From: a virus
Lineage: Duplodnaviria > Caudoviricetes
Virus record (IMG/VR): IMGVR_UViG_3300048577_000472
Span: 1 to 32,024 of that record
Length of the DNA: 32,024 nucleotides
Reading direction: 5' to 3' (one strand)
Below, one piece after another: positions 1-8,173 of this stretch (position 1 is the stretch's first letter; each line of letters starts with the position of its first letter). The notes under the pieces are model-generated. The model made no database searches. It was given only the letters and a program-made list of their open reading frames with translations, and was not told where the DNA came from. The position numbers and the translations under genes were made by a program.

Positions 1-435
1 TTGGTGCACCAAGCCCGACGCTTAAGCCTGCTGGACCTGCCCAGCCTCAACATGGACGCGGATATTGCGACGTCCATGAGCCGGATCGTTGAAAGCTCCG
101 GGCTTTCGCGGGCCGAGGCCGTGGACAGGCTCAACGAAGCGGCGCGGCGTTACGGGGTGCGCCTTTGCGGCGGCAACGCCGAAGCCCTGACCCTGGCGAC
201 CTTTGAAAAATGGCTCAACCCCAACGAATCCAAGAACGTGCCGAGCACCAGGGCCTTGAATGTCTTTTGCCACGTGTTCGGTGCGCCGGAACCGCTGGAC
301 TTGCTGGCTAGGTCTCATGGCCAAGGTTGGCGGGTCATCGACGGCGAGGACGCCCGACTCCTGGAGTGGGCGCGGACGGAGCAGGAAATCAAGCGTCTTC
401 GGGCGCGCAAACGCAAAATCGAGACGGAACTATGA
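1..435 (+). CDS. Phage early regulatory protein (CII-like/HTH); may be 5'-truncated at the window edge
   Basis: ORF from TTG at position 1; FEKWLNP...VPS motif and C-terminal coiled coil; its stop overlaps the next ATG. Confidence 0.6.
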   Translation: MVHQARRLSLLDLPSLNMDADIATSMSRIVESSGLSRAEAVDRLNEAARRYGVRLCGGNAEALTLATFEKWLNPNESKNVPSTRALNVFCHVFGAPEPLDLLARSHGQGWRVIDGEDARLLEWARTEQEIKRLRARKRKIETEL

Positions 436-650
436 AGCGTGAAGGAAGGAAAATCCGCGCCTGGATGGTGGAAAGGGGCATCACGGTGTCCGACGTGGCC
501 CGCCGGGCCGGCATCACCCGGTCCATCGTCTCGGAAACTGTTCACGGACAGCGCAACAACAGGAAGGCCTTGCGGGAGCTGGTGGCCGTGGGGTGTCCGG
601 TGCGGCTGCTTGGTTTGCCGGAAGATATGAAGGGAAAGGAGGCTGCGTGA
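432..650 (+). CDS. Ner/Cro-like HTH DNA-binding protein (72 aa)
   Basis: ATG 432 overlaps the previous stop; MKREGRKIRAWMVERGITVSDVARRAGITRSIVSETVHG is an HTH; position upstream of the transposase matches Mu ner. Confidence 0.75.
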   Translation: MKREGRKIRAWMVERGITVSDVARRAGITRSIVSETVHGQRNNRKALRELVAVGCPVRLLGLPEDMKGKEAA

Positions 651-976
651 TGGAAATGGTCATGGACATGTGGCGAGTGAACCCCAGTCGTTGCGATCCG
701 CCGGAGCAGTGGGTGCCAAGAGAACCTGCGAGCGGGTGTATTGGCTGGCTTGTCGCGCAACCTGTTGATGAAAGGCGTTTCATGGTGGCGGGCGGCCAGT
801 TCGACGTCGATGCGTTCGACGACGCGTCGGTAGGTACGTTTTTTCCTCTTACAAAGGACGGTTACCGCGCTGCTCATGTCGCCCTGCGTCGCAGACTACG
901 GCAACTCGGACACGTCCGCCAGGAAGGGAGCACGGTTGATATTTTTTGCAACGATCCTCTCCCCCTGCCGGCTTGA
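650..976 (+). CDS. Hypothetical phage protein
   Basis: GGAGG SD and GTG/ATG start overlapping the previous TGA; the stop lies just before the first ribozyme. Confidence 0.6.
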   Translation: MEMVMDMWRVNPSRCDPPEQWVPREPASGCIGWLVAQPVDERRFMVAGGQFDVDAFDDASVGTFFPLTKDGYRAAHVALRRRLRQLGHVRQEGSTVDIFCNDPLPLPA

Positions 977-983
977 ACCCCTT

Positions 984-1045
984 TGCGAAACCGCCCCTGC
1001 GGGCGGTCGTCGGACGGTGGCGCGTCCGGCCTGATGAGCAGCCAT
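984..1045 (+). ncRNA. Type II hammerhead ribozyme HH1; predicted cleavage after C1008 (GUC)
   Basis: Stem II TGC984-986/GCA1038-1040; GAAA 987-990; stem III CCGCCC/GGGCGG; GTC 1006-1008; stem I GTCGGACG1009-1016/CGTCCGGC1023-1030; CTGATGA 1031-1037; pseudoknot of loop TGGC1018-1021 with 3' GCCA1041-1044. Confidence 0.93.
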
Positions 1046-1063
1046 AAAAGAGCGGTAGCGACA

Positions 1064-3175
1064 ATGCAAGACACGGTTACAGCAAAAGACATCGCACAAG
1101 CGCTGGGCATATCAGAACGAGCCGTCCAGGCGCGGGCTATGAAAGATTCCTGGCCTTTTGAAGAAGTCTCCTGCCGTGGCGGCAAGCGCCGTCTTTACCC
1201 CTTGGCCTCCCTGCCCGAGGACGTGCGCCAGGCTATTGCCGCCGCCATGCTGGCCGGTGGCCCTGCACCGACAACCCCGCCCGCCGTTGCCGCCTCGTCG
1301 CTTCCAGCCGTGCCCACCAAGGCCCCCGCGCCCCTGGCCAGTCTGACCGCCCACCAGCGTGAAACCGCCCTAGCCCGGCTGGCCTTCGTCCGGGAGATTG
1401 AACGCACAACCCCTTTGATTGGCAAGGAAAAGGCCATCCGCAATCTGCTCAAGGCAGCCGAGGACAACGTGCTGGCTCCCCGGTTGGCGGAATTGATTCG
1501 CGTGGCCAACGACCGCTTCGGTAACGGTCGCGGCCTCTCCCGCCGACGGCTCTACGACTGGTGTTCGCTTTTTACCGAAGGCGGCGAGGCGGCGCTTGCG
1601 CCTCGGCATCCCGGCAAGGTCATGACCGTGCCCGATTGGGCACCGGCCTTTCTGGCCATCTGGCAACAGCCCCAAAAGCCGTCCATCGCCGACGCCTACG
1701 GACAGTTCGCCAAGGCCTACGCGGGGACGCCGCCTTCTATTTTCGCCGTGCGACGGTGGCTGGACAAGATGGCCAAGCCCGACCGCGAGGCCGGCCGCGT
1801 CACGGGCAACGCCCTGCTGCATTTGCGTCCGTACAAACTCCGCAAAACCGACGAGTTGTGGCCCACGGACGTCTATACGGCGGACGGCACCACGTTTGAT
1901 GCGGAAATTCAGCACCCGTTGCACGGCAGCCCCTGGAAACCCGAGGTGACGTTGGTCGTGGACGTGGCCACGCGGCGGGTGGTGGGACTCGCCGTTGGCG
2001 AGGCCGAGTGCGCGGGGACAGTGCTGGATGCGTTGCGCGTGGCCTGCCTGTGGGGTGGAATCCCCTCAATCTTCTACGTGGACAACGGTTCAGGCTACAA
2101 CAATGCCATAACGACAGGTGAAGGGTTTGGCATTCTGACCCGCCTGGATATCGAACTGCGTAACTCCATTCCCGGCCGCCCCCAGGGGAAGGGTCTTATG
2201 GAACGGGCGGTACAGACCATTTGCGTGGCCGCATCCAAGCGTCTCCCGACGTGCAGCCACGCCGATATGGATGAAGACGCGGCCCACAAAATTTTCAAGA
2301 TCACGCGGGCGCAGGTCAAACAGGCCGCAAAACGGCAGTTGCTCCCAACTTTCGAGGAATTCAAGCACGTTCTTTTGGCTCGTGTGGACGAATACAACGC
2401 CAGCCCGCACCGATCCCTGCCTAAAATAATTGACGCCGCCACGGGCAGACGGCGGCACCTCACGCCGGACGAACACTGGCAAAGCTTTCTTAAGCGCGGC
2501 TTCGCGCAACTCCCTGTTCCGGAGGTCTATCGGGACGAACTTTTCATGCCGGGCATCCCGCGAAAGGTTCGCAGCGGCATGGTGCAGCTGTTCAACGGCC
2601 TCTATTACGCCGAGGAATTGGCGGACTTCCACGGCGATTACGTGGAGGTGCGTTACGACATGTGGGACAGCTCGCGCGTTTACTGTTGGACAACAGCGGG
2701 CGAGAAAGTCTGTACGGCTGTACTTGACGGCAATGCCATGGACTACTTCCCCATGACGCAGATCGAGGCCGCCCGAGAGCGGCGGGCCAACGGCAAAGTG
2801 TCACGTCTGGCCAAAAAGCTTGAGGCGGCCATGCCCGGTGCGACGGTGCTCCGACCCGAGGCCACGCCCACCTACACCATGCTTGCCGACTCCGTGATCG
2901 GAGACGGACGCGGGCCGCAAAGCACATCCACGCATGAGATCGTGGTGGAGGCGCTGCCGTCCGCCACTCCGGCGGAGCCTTCCGCCAAGCGGCCCACGTT
3001 CTGGAGCATACAGGATCGTTACAGCTGGCTGATGCACAATCCCGACAGATGGACGGACAAGGACCAGGCGTGGGTGGCCTGGTACGTGGCCAGCAAACAC
3101 TATGATGATCTGCACACGTACTTCGAGGCCCGGTGCATCGCTTGGCCAGGATACGTCCAAAAATCAAAGCAATAA
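1064..3175 (+). CDS. MuA-type DDE transposase
   Basis: N-terminal Mu-type HTH (TAKDIAQALGISERAV); catalytic motifs YTADGT, YVDNGSGY, KGLMER; Mu transposase C-terminal region. ATG 1064 preferred over TTG 983. Confidence 0.95.
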   Translation: MQDTVTAKDIAQALGISERAVQARAMKDSWPFEEVSCRGGKRRLYPLASLPEDVRQAIAAAMLAGGPAPTTPPAVAASSLPAVPTKAPAPLASLTAHQRETALARLAFVREIERTTPLIGKEKAIRNLLKAAEDNVLAPRLAELIRVANDRFGNGRGLSRRRLYDWCSLFTEGGEAALAPRHPGKVMTVPDWAPAFLAIWQQPQKPSIADAYGQFAKAYAGTPPSIFAVRRWLDKMAKPDREAGRVTGNALLHLRPYKLRKTDELWPTDVYTADGTTFDAEIQHPLHGSPWKPEVTLVVDVATRRVVGLAVGEAECAGTVLDALRVACLWGGIPSIFYVDNGSGYNNAITTGEGFGILTRLDIELRNSIPGRPQGKGLMERAVQTICVAASKRLPTCSHADMDEDAAHKIFKITRAQVKQAAKRQLLPTFEEFKHVLLARVDEYNASPHRSLPKIIDAATGRRRHLTPDEHWQSFLKRGFAQLPVPEVYRDELFMPGIPRKVRSGMVQLFNGLYYAEELADFHGDYVEVRYDMWDSSRVYCWTTAGEKVCTAVLDGNAMDYFPMTQIEAARERRANGKVSRLAKKLEAAMPGATVLRPEATPTYTMLADSVIGDGRGPQSTSTHEIVVEALPSATPAEPSAKRPTFWSIQDRYSWLMHNPDRWTDKDQAWVAWYVASKHYDDLHTYFEARCIAWPGYVQKSKQ

Positions 3176-3194
3176 GAACCGACAGGGAGAAAAC

Positions 3195-3941
3195 ATGCGT
3201 AAACAATTCGTGAAAACCGAGAACTACAGCCGCTTTACGGCCGGCATTGCGGCTGTGGAGCAACGCGGCGCGGCCGAGGCCGGCATGCTGCTGGTGCATG
3301 GCGCGCCGGGGTTCGGCAAAAGCCACATTGTCGGACATTGGGCGGCCGAGGCCGGGGCGGTGTTCCTGCGGGCCAATGTCGATTGGACGCCGAAATACTG
3401 TCTGGTGGAGCTGGCCAAGGTGTTGCGCGTGGACCCCTCGGGAACGGCGCAACAACTGTTTTCCCGCCTGCTTGAGCGGGTGGTCGAAACGCAAACGCCC
3501 ATCGTCATCGATGAAGCGGAATTTACCCTGCACCAGGGAGCTGCGGCCCTGGAAAAGGTGCGCGACCTCTCCGACCGGGCCGAAGTGACGGTGGTCTTGA
3601 TCGGCATGGAACGCATTCAGCAATCCATAGCCCGGCACCGTCAGCTGTCCAGCCGGATCGCCCAGGTGGTCGAGTTCGTGCCCTCGACCGTGGCCGACGT
3701 GGAACAGGCCTGCAAGCAACTCTCCGAAGTGGCCATGAGTCCGGCGCTCATGGCCGAGGTACACCGCATTTCGGGTGGCCGCATGCGCGAGGTGCTCAAC
3801 GTGATCGCCACCATCGAACGTCTGGCCCAACTCAACGGCTTGGACACCGTGGCGGTGGCCGACCTGGAAGGCGTGGCACTGGCCCATGACTGGCAAAACC
3901 GCACACCCAAGACGGTCCGCGCGGCCGCCGGGGGGCGTTAG
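3195..3941 (+). CDS. MuB-like AAA+ transposition ATPase
   Basis: Walker A GAPGFGKS, Walker B IVIDE; follows the transposase; SD GGGAG before ATG 3195. Confidence 0.92.
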   Translation: MRKQFVKTENYSRFTAGIAAVEQRGAAEAGMLLVHGAPGFGKSHIVGHWAAEAGAVFLRANVDWTPKYCLVELAKVLRVDPSGTAQQLFSRLLERVVETQTPIVIDEAEFTLHQGAAALEKVRDLSDRAEVTVVLIGMERIQQSIARHRQLSSRIAQVVEFVPSTVADVEQACKQLSEVAMSPALMAEVHRISGGRMREVLNVIATIERLAQLNGLDTVAVADLEGVALAHDWQNRTPKTVRAAAGGR

Positions 3942-4520
3942 ATGGCTTGGTCCGGGCTGGCGATCCTTAACGCCTTGGCGAACGGGCCGAAGCTGACGCG
4001 GCAGATTGCGGCCGGCTTAGGGAAATCTCCCGATGCCGCGCGTCTGTGCCTGGAAACTCTGCGCCGTAAAGGGTTTGTGACCTCGGTCGAGGGCTCGCAC
4101 ACGCTCACCGACAAGGGACGTACGGCCTTGGCCGAAGGCCGAGAAATCACTTCCGGCCCTTGCGGCGGCGCGGCGGCCAGCCGTCGGGAACTGACCCTGC
4201 GGCAAAAGGCTTGGCGCGCCATGGGCATCCGCGACGGCTTTAGCCTGGACGATCTGCTGACCATGCTGTGCGACGGTAGCGAAAAGAGCGCCGCGCGCAA
4301 TCTCAACCGTTACCTATGCGCCTTGGAAGCGGCCGGCTACCTGATGCCCTTGCCCCGGCGGGGCGACGGCGCGGCCAAGCGCTGGCGATTGCGGCGCGAC
4401 CGGGCCACCGGCCCGGAGGCCCCGGCTTTGAACACGCGCACACGGCGGGTGACGGACTGCAACACCGGCCAGGTGTTCGATCTTGACCGCTCCAAAGCGG
4501 AGGTCGCCCATGGCTGCTGA
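3942..4520 (+). CDS. Winged-helix DNA-binding protein (two probable wHTH domains)
   Basis: Coupled to the B stop; HTH-like segments (TRQIAAGLGKSPDAARLCLETLRRKG; ARNLNRYLCALEAAGYL). Confidence 0.7.
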   Translation: MAWSGLAILNALANGPKLTRQIAAGLGKSPDAARLCLETLRRKGFVTSVEGSHTLTDKGRTALAEGREITSGPCGGAAASRRELTLRQKAWRAMGIRDGFSLDDLLTMLCDGSEKSAARNLNRYLCALEAAGYLMPLPRRGDGAAKRWRLRRDRATGPEAPALNTRTRRVTDCNTGQVFDLDRSKAEVAHGC

Positions 4521-4869
4521 TTGGCTTGTCCTGCTTTCTGCCGAGGCGACGCGCACGTCCAAGGCGGCCGTGGGCCGGTCGCTCGGCTACTCCCGCACTG
4601 CCATCAGTCTGGTTTTGGCCGGCAAGTACCCCGGCGGCACGGACAAACTGGCCGCCAAGGTGCTGGCGACGCTTGGCTGGGTGGTCTGCCCGCACCTTGA
4701 GCGCCGGGTAAGTCCGGTCGAATGCGCCGGCAACGCTCGCGAAATGCCCACGTCCAGCCCGGCGGCTTTGCGCTTGTGGCGGGCCTGCCAGACCTGCCCG
4801 CACCGCCCGGCCATCCCCACGAAAACACAACACCGGCCCGAAGCGGTCGGAAAGGAGCATGCGGCATGA
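4510..4869 (+). CDS. HTH protein with C-terminal Cys cluster
   Basis: SD GGAGG; SKAAVGRSLGYSRTAISLVLAGKY HTH; CPH...C...CQTCPH. Confidence 0.75.
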   Translation: MAADWLVLLSAEATRTSKAAVGRSLGYSRTAISLVLAGKYPGGTDKLAAKVLATLGWVVCPHLERRVSPVECAGNAREMPTSSPAALRLWRACQTCPHRPAIPTKTQHRPEAVGKEHAA

Positions 4870-5486
4870 CGACGACGGCAACCCCCATCCCGGACGGCTA
4901 CATGGCCAACGCCAAGGGGCATTTGATTCCTTTGGAGACGGTAAAGCCGGTGGACAAACTGCGCGACGAACTGACGCGCAACATCGTGGCCGCCGCCAAG
5001 GGCGTGCAAACGGCCATGCGGGATTTCCGCGCCAACACCCTGGGCGACATCCAGGCTTTTGCCGACCTCTCGGCCGAGAGGTACGGGGCCAAGCGCGGCG
5101 GCGACAAAGGCAACCTGACCCTGACCAGCTATGACGGTCAATTCAAGGTGCAAGTGCAAATCAGCGAGCGCATGGCCTTTGGCGAACAGTTGCAGGCGGC
5201 CAAGTCGCTTATCGACGAGTGCCTGACCGAATGGGCGCAGGACAGCCGTGAGGAAATCCGGGCCATCATCAACCAGGCATTCGACGTGGACAAGGAAGGC
5301 CGGGTCAACGTCGGCGCGATCCTGGGCTTACGCCGTCTCGACATCCAGGACACGCGCTGGCGCGGAGCCATGGAGGCTATTGCCGACAGTTTGCAGGTGG
5401 TGGGCTCGAAAAAGCTCCTGCGAGTCTACGAACGGCAGGAAGACGGCAGCTATGACCCTATCGCCATGGACATGGCGGCGCTGTGA
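4866..5486 (+). CDS. DUF3164-family early protein of Mu-like phages
   Basis: GYMANAKGHLIP...VDKLRD, GGDKGNLTLTSYDG, AFDVDKEG motifs; ATGA overlap with the previous gene. Confidence 0.85.
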   Translation: MTTTATPIPDGYMANAKGHLIPLETVKPVDKLRDELTRNIVAAAKGVQTAMRDFRANTLGDIQAFADLSAERYGAKRGGDKGNLTLTSYDGQFKVQVQISERMAFGEQLQAAKSLIDECLTEWAQDSREEIRAIINQAFDVDKEGRVNVGAILGLRRLDIQDTRWRGAMEAIADSLQVVGSKKLLRVYERQEDGSYDPIAMDMAAL

Positions 5487-5710
5487 TTTGTGCGGCGCTG
5501 CCTATAGAGGTGCGGCAGGCCTTGGACCGGATGCCGGCCGTCACCACGCCGTGCGCGGCTTCGGCCCTGGCTCTCGGCATCGCCGCCGCCGGCCTGGAGG
5601 TCGGCGCGAACATAGCCAAGGGTCGGGACGACAAGGCGCGCCAAGCGGCGGCTAAGCTCGCTGCCGCCGGCATTCGGCTGGTGGAACATTTGGACCAGGA
5701 CTGGCCGTAG
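5483..5710 (+). CDS. Hypothetical protein
   Basis: GTGA overlap with the upstream stop; fills the operon gap. Confidence 0.5.
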   Translation: MICAALPIEVRQALDRMPAVTTPCAASALALGIAAAGLEVGANIAKGRDDKARQAAAKLAAAGIRLVEHLDQDWP

Positions 5711-5729
5711 GCCGGCCGAGGGAGGCGAT

Positions 5730-6023
5730 ATGGACGGCAAGCGGTTTTACAGGTGCACGGAATGCGGCCACATGGGCGCGGCGCTGTCTGTCGGCGGCGA
5801 GACGCTGTGCGAAAACTGCGCCAGCCGGGGCGTGGTCGCCTGCGACGCGCCAGCGGATCGGCCAGTGCCCATGCGGGTTCTTCGGAGCGCGGAAAAGCAG
5901 GCCTTGACCTGGAAGCGGCAGTCCGAAGCGCTGTCGCGGCTGGTCAATCGGGCCATCAAAAACGGCCATTTGCCCGCGCCCTACGCTGGCGAGGCGCAAC
6001 GGATCATGGCCGGCAGGGCTTAA
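5730..6023 (+). CDS. Zinc-ribbon hypothetical protein
   Basis: SD GGAGG; CTEC...CENC motifs. Confidence 0.7.
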   Translation: MDGKRFYRCTECGHMGAALSVGGETLCENCASRGVVACDAPADRPVPMRVLRSAEKQALTWKRQSEALSRLVNRAIKNGHLPAPYAGEAQRIMAGRA

Positions 6024-6037
6024 AGGGGGAACGGATC

Positions 6038-6448
6038 ATGGGCTACGCCGGCAACTACCATTCAAAATGGCTTGAGCAACAGCTTCAGCATCCCTGTTCA
6101 GCGTTGGGTCGAGAGGTCGCCAACATCCTCGGTTATGTGGGAAATGGTCTTTATAATGCCCCAATAAACATTGAAAAAATCGACTGGACACATCCGTACA
6201 TCATTGAAGTTGTGTGGTCGTCTTACATGGCCAGTTGGGATTTTCCCGTCCTCACACGTCTGTGGGTTGAATGTACTCGGCGTATGGTCAGGGTTTCCGT
6301 GGAGGGCTGCGCACCTCGCAGACTGAAGCTCCAATTTCACAAACGCCATCAACGAAATGGGGATGTGTTTGAACGGCTCCCGGATGTTGAGGAACTTGTG
6401 GCCATGGTGGATGCGGAATGGGGCAGGATAAGGTTCAGCCTACCCTAA
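6038..6448 (+). CDS. Hypothetical accessory protein, lower GC
   Basis: SD GGGGGA, ATG 6038; visibly AT-richer codons; stop TAA abuts HH2. Confidence 0.75.
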   Translation: MGYAGNYHSKWLEQQLQHPCSALGREVANILGYVGNGLYNAPINIEKIDWTHPYIIEVVWSSYMASWDFPVLTRLWVECTRRMVRVSVEGCAPRRLKLQFHKRHQRNGDVFERLPDVEELVAMVDAEWGRIRFSLP

Positions 6449-6510
6449 TGCGAAACCGCCCCCTGCGGGCGGTCGTCGGGACGTGGCGGTCCCGACCTGA
6501 TGAGCAGCCA
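6449..6510 (+). ncRNA. Type II hammerhead ribozyme HH2; predicted cleavage after C6474 (GUC)
   Basis: TGC-GAAA 6449-6455; stem III CCGCCC/GGGCGG; GTC 6472-6474; perfect stem I GTCGGGAC6475-6482/GTCCCGAC6489-6496; CTGATGA 6497-6503; GCA; pseudoknot TGGC/GCCA6507-6510. Confidence 0.94.
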
Positions 6511-6521
6511 AGGAGGTCGAC

Positions 6522-6782
6522 ATGGCTCACGTGTATTGCTGGGCAACCGGGATGTTAGAATTCGGCGAGGCCGTGCCGAATGGGGCACTTTCCCTCGCTG
6601 TCGGCGACATGGAGTCGCTTCGCGATGTCGTCGCCGGGTCGGCAACTCTGGCCTATGACAACGTAACGTGGCTGATCCCTGGGTTTGCTCTGGCCGAGGG
6701 GCATAACGCCCAGATGGATGCCGTGGCCAAGTTTGCTCGCAACCTCCAGGTGTCTCTCGTCTCGGGAGGACGCCATGGCTGA
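6522..6782 (+). CDS. Small early protein resembling Mu-like 'host nuclease inhibitor' annotations
   Basis: SD AGGAGG 6511-6516; YCWATGMLEFG...PNGAL...LIPG motif recalled from Mu-like prophage proteins; function is not established. Confidence 0.65.
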   Translation: MAHVYCWATGMLEFGEAVPNGALSLAVGDMESLRDVVAGSATLAYDNVTWLIPGFALAEGHNAQMDAVAKFARNLQVSLVSGGRHG

Positions 6783-6835
6783 TAGGAGCTTGACAAAGCT
6801 GAATGGCTCCATGGCCATACGGCAAGGAGACAATC

Positions 6836-7027
6836 ATGTATCTGGGTGACGAAGTCGTCAGCCGACGCCACCAGGGGACGATTCGGATCGTGATTGTCTA
6901 CAGCAACGGCGGCGGCGTTGGTCGCAAGATCAAGAAAAACGGCCAGCCAGGCCGGCAGGAGGTTTGCTTACGGCCGGACGACGTTACGGCCGTTAGAATG
7001 TGCCTCCTTGGCTGCCAAGCCCGTTAG
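6836..7027 (+). CDS. Hypothetical protein
   Basis: SD AAGGAG before ATG 6836. Confidence 0.55.
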   Translation: MYLGDEVVSRRHQGTIRIVIVYSNGGGVGRKIKKNGQPGRQEVCLRPDDVTAVRMCLLGCQAR

Positions 7028-7036
7028 GAGAAAACC

Positions 7037-7309
7037 ATGAACAATGCCCAAGGTGTTTACTGGTTGCGCGTCGTGGAGTCGGGGCCGCATCGCTCCACCC
7101 TGGAAGCCGAGGAAGGCTATAAAAACTGCCGCCGGCCGGGGAAGTCCTTTCGGGTCATGCTCGGACCAGATGGCCCGATATGCCCCGGATGTTCCAGGGT
7201 ATGCCGTATTCCGGCCGCTTCCGGTCTGACGCGGGATGACGAGATCGTTATGCAAAAGCACGTCACAATCCGGCAAAAAGGCTCCCCTCGGGTCAAAAAA
7301 GAGGTCTGA
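7037..7309 (+). CDS. Hypothetical protein (CxxC)
   Basis: SD AGGAG; CPGC motif. Confidence 0.65.
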   Translation: MNNAQGVYWLRVVESGPHRSTLEAEEGYKNCRRPGKSFRVMLGPDGPICPGCSRVCRIPAASGLTRDDEIVMQKHVTIRQKGSPRVKKEV

Positions 7310-7312
7310 TCC

Positions 7313-7732
7313 ATGCGTGTAGAATCCCGTAATAGCCTGCTGGCAAAAGTCCATATCGCCAAGAAAGACTTGGGGTTGGATGATGACACCTACCGGGCCA
7401 TGTTGGAGAACCTGACCGGCAAGGAAAGCGCGGCAGCCCTGACCGTGCCCCAGCTAGTGCGGGTGGTGGCCGATCTGCGCGCGCAAGGCTGGAAAGGTCA
7501 AGCCAACAAGTCGGCCACGCGCCGCAAGCCGGTGGTGCGGTCCGAAGCGGCCGGCTACCTGGACAAGATCGAGGCCCTTCTAGCCGAAGCCAAGCGGCCC
7601 TGGTCCTACGCCTCGGGCATCGCCAAACGCATGTACCGGGCGGACAAGCTGGAATGGTTGAATGCGGACCAGATGCGCGGCGTCATGACGGCGCTTATGC
7701 GCGACGCCGTGCGCCACGGGAGGCCGGCATGA
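7313..7732 (+). CDS. gemA: GemA/gp16 (DUF1018) family protein
   Basis: LAKVHIAKKDLGLDDDTYRAMLENLTGKESA signature; directly upstream of the mor-like gene, as in Mu. Confidence 0.9.
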   Translation: MRVESRNSLLAKVHIAKKDLGLDDDTYRAMLENLTGKESAAALTVPQLVRVVADLRAQGWKGQANKSATRRKPVVRSEAAGYLDKIEALLAEAKRPWSYASGIAKRMYRADKLEWLNADQMRGVMTALMRDAVRHGRPA

Positions 7733-8148
7733 GCGACAATAGCCTGCCCGCCTCCGTGGCGGAACTGGTGGACCTGCTCGGCCTGCAAACGGCCATGAAG
7801 CTGGTGCGCGGCCTGGGCGGCACCACGTTTCCCGTGCCCAAGCGGCAGACACCGCTTGGGCAGCGGCGCTACGAAATGCTGGCCGATGTGGTGGGCACGG
7901 AAGCGGCGGACGCACTGGTTGGCTGCTACGGCGGCGGGGAACTCTACGTGCCCCGGTGCGCCGCCGCCTTGCAGGCCGCCCGCGACGCCGAGATCAACGA
8001 GTATTTCGTAACCGAAACCAACAAGGGCCGGTCGTCGGCCGAGGTTGTTTTCCATTTGGCCAGACGTTACAAGCTTTCCGATAGGCGGGTATGGCATATT
8101 CTCAAGACGCTGCCCGTCAAGCCGAATGACCAGTTGCGGTTGTTCTAA
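7729..8148 (+). CDS. mor: Mor/C-family transcription activator
   Basis: LPASVAELVDLLG, YGGGELYVPRC, RDAEI, LARRYKLSDRRVWHIL C-terminal HTH. Confidence 0.9.
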   Translation: MSDNSLPASVAELVDLLGLQTAMKLVRGLGGTTFPVPKRQTPLGQRRYEMLADVVGTEAADALVGCYGGGELYVPRCAAALQAARDAEINEYFVTETNKGRSSAEVVFHLARRYKLSDRRVWHILKTLPVKPNDQLRLF

Positions 8149-8173
8149 GGACCGTTTTTTGGGGGGGTGGAAT

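Noticed and set aside
983-1063. TTG-initiated N-terminal extension of the transposase
   Set aside because: It runs through the hammerhead and its cleavage site; the Mu-type HTH begins at ATG 1064.
2592-3896. 434-aa minus-strand ORF
   Set aside because: Shadow ORF opposite A/B in high-GC DNA; no recognisable motifs.
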